Shown piece after piece: positions 62,099-64,000 of a DNA stretch of 64,000 nucleotides. Made by a program: the position numbers and the translations under genes. Source of the DNA: Saccostrea echinata (Eukaryota). The notes under the pieces were generated by a model, which saw only the letters and a list, made by a program, of their open reading frames with translations, was not told where the DNA came from and searched no databases. Position 1 is the stretch's first letter, and every line of letters begins with the position of its first letter. The stretch covers positions 868,001 to 932,000 of the forward strand of contig NW_026889761.1 in the NCBI RefSeq assembly GCF_033153115.1. The letters are read 5' to 3'.

Positions 62099-63206
62099 TT
62101 TTTATTTCATAGTTGACAGTCAATCAACATGATCAAATTGATATTTTCTTCTCTTTGTTTGTTTGTTTCTGTTTGTATAGGCTAGGTGTTTTGACTTGAT
62201 ATTTATTTTGTACATATATTGTGAGGATTTTATAACTATTCCAATTTCAATACAGATGTCAAAAATCTGAATCATGGATTTTATCTTTTTTATCTTTTTG
62301 GAAGTTGGATTTATCTAGAGATGAAAGTAAGTCAAACACTGCAGCATTCTGTTCTGCCCGCCATGCCAGCATGTGATGTAGACAACATCCGGTGTAAACA
62401 ATAACAAACTAAATCACGCCCACTGCTGTCAGTTTTGAATTTCAAATAGAAACAGAAGCCCTGCTTCAAATATTTCAATGAAAAATACAGCTAAGAAAAA
62501 ATTTTACAGTAAATTTAATTTGTGACCAAGGATGCACATTAATGAGAAGAACAAGCATGACAAACATCTGATGATAAAGGGGAATCAGTATTTTAATATT
62601 TGTAAATAACTCTCTGCAATCTGAATGTGGCCAGAAAAATCAAATAACCCACCATTTATTTCATTGGCTGCTATTTATACTCCGATGTCCTCCTTTAAGG
62701 TTACATTTGGCAAGCCCAAATAAAAATTTCTGATCATACAAAATTAGGGCTACTAATGCATCCTATGTTGATTTGAAAAAAAGTCATTATATATATGTAC
62801 ATGTTTCACCTTTATTTTGAAATGGTGTAAATGTGTAAATGCTAGTTATGGACTGAAAAAGTTACAATTACATCTGTTTTCCTATCTTCCTTTCAAACAT
62901 ATTCTAATACAGGTATATTTGCATTATAAAATAATACACCACAGCCGGTAATAACTGAATGAACCTCTCCCATATCCCAGGTCCACTTCCACGGACTCTT
63001 TGAAATACCAGTGTTTGTAAGTACTTCTATTTCTTTGAATTTGGTATTGGGCTATCTCTAGTAAATTTAATTATCACTGTTAACCCTGATTCAAACATTT
63101 TTCTTTTCTATAACAATAAATGTGTTATTAGAAAACGGAGCCCTTAACAGACAATCAAAATGATAAATTTGCATTTTGGATTATTTTACTCAGAGAAAAG
63201 TAAAAC

Positions 63207-63256
<50 letters not shown>

Positions 63257-64000
63257 TTCCTCTTGTTTCTGTCTCCATGAAGTTCAAGTGATGGTTCCAA
63301 TGTTGATGCAATACTTTGAAAAATAAGTGAAAACGTTTTATTTGGGATAAATATTCTTTCCCGAAATCTCGAGAGAATTTCTACATGTCCTTGAATCATT
63401 TAAAATATATAATGCAGTGGTTAAAATATTAGATCAAATGTTATAATATACAGTTCACACACCATGATTTCAGCATCTCAATACTCAGTGGCATTCACTT
63501 TTAAGAAAAAACAAAAAAGTCAAGGTCATGACAAACCTTTAGGCCAATGACAACGTATATTAAAATTGTAATTCAATTCATTTCAATCAAGGATTTGAGA
63601 ATTAGCCATGAAAATTATCTCAATATTTAGTATTATAGTAACCTTAATTATAGCGACCTTAATCTTTGAGCAATAACCTTCAGTAAAAGTTAGGACACAC
63701 ATTTTGTTTGTAGACAATAAGACATAGTTTGAATGCATTCCAAATAAGACTTCCAGAGTTATGTTCAGGACACAGTTTTTTGACAGACAGCTACACAGAC
63801 AACTTAACTAATTCCATTATGTCCTCTCCCATTGTAGGAGATATTATACAAAGCAAAATGTAAAACGGTCTCGAAAAAGTATAAGAAATTCTGTTGACAA
63901 AATACCGTGAAATGAATCAGCATCCCTATAAGTTCCAATGAACTCAAAGCAAAGTGAATTGTGTTCTATTTTAAAGATAATTAAAGAATCAAAACCAAGT

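Larger units (their letters stand above)
59097..62694. mobile_element. Kolobok-type DNA transposon (~3.6 kb) with divergently oriented transposase and KolX-like genes
   Basis: TTAA|AGG..CCT|TTAA boundaries (TTAA at 59093-59096 and 62695-62698); short imperfect TIR (7/12); gene content fits the two-gene Kolobok layout. Confidence 0.65.

Noticed and set aside
62925-63399. Candidate upstream exons of the third C1qDC gene (e.g. ..HGDRNKRKR)
   Set aside because: No convincing donor site, signal peptide or phase-compatible exon could be established

Overview
AT-rich, intron-rich eukaryotic DNA, most likely from a bivalve mollusc (oyster-like, inferred from the repeat families and the C1qDC and B-box/NHL gene expansions). 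I reconstructed exons by hand from GT-AG sites and reading-frame continuity. The left part holds a complete 11-exon JNK-interacting protein 1 gene (JIP1/MAPK8IP1, minus, 985-8930). It lies head-to-head with a 9-exon mitochondrial ATP synthase subunit b gene (plus, 10878-19716) that is unusually long (~392 aa) and whose introns carry copies of its own splice junctions. The centre holds a 6.9-kb DNA transposon (25744-32665) with TAT..ATA ends, a 6-bp TSD and ~1.1-kb inverted repeats, which fits IS3EU. The ORF track misses it because its DDE transposase is split into 9 exons. It also carries a convergent HECT E3 ubiquitin-ligase remnant. The right part is an immune-like block: two tandem coiled-coil C1q-domain genes, an intronless B-box/coiled-coil/NHL TRIM-like gene, and the last exon of a third C1qDC gene. 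Next to that exon is a Kolobok-type transposon carrying a transposase and a KolX/P2X7-ballast-like gene. Throughout are a young CR1-like LINE, Penelope-like and RTE fragments, tRNA-derived SINEs, a solo LTR, MITEs, Helentron-type repeats with satellite arrays, minisatellites and two assembly gaps. Family assignments come from recalled motifs; no database search was run.
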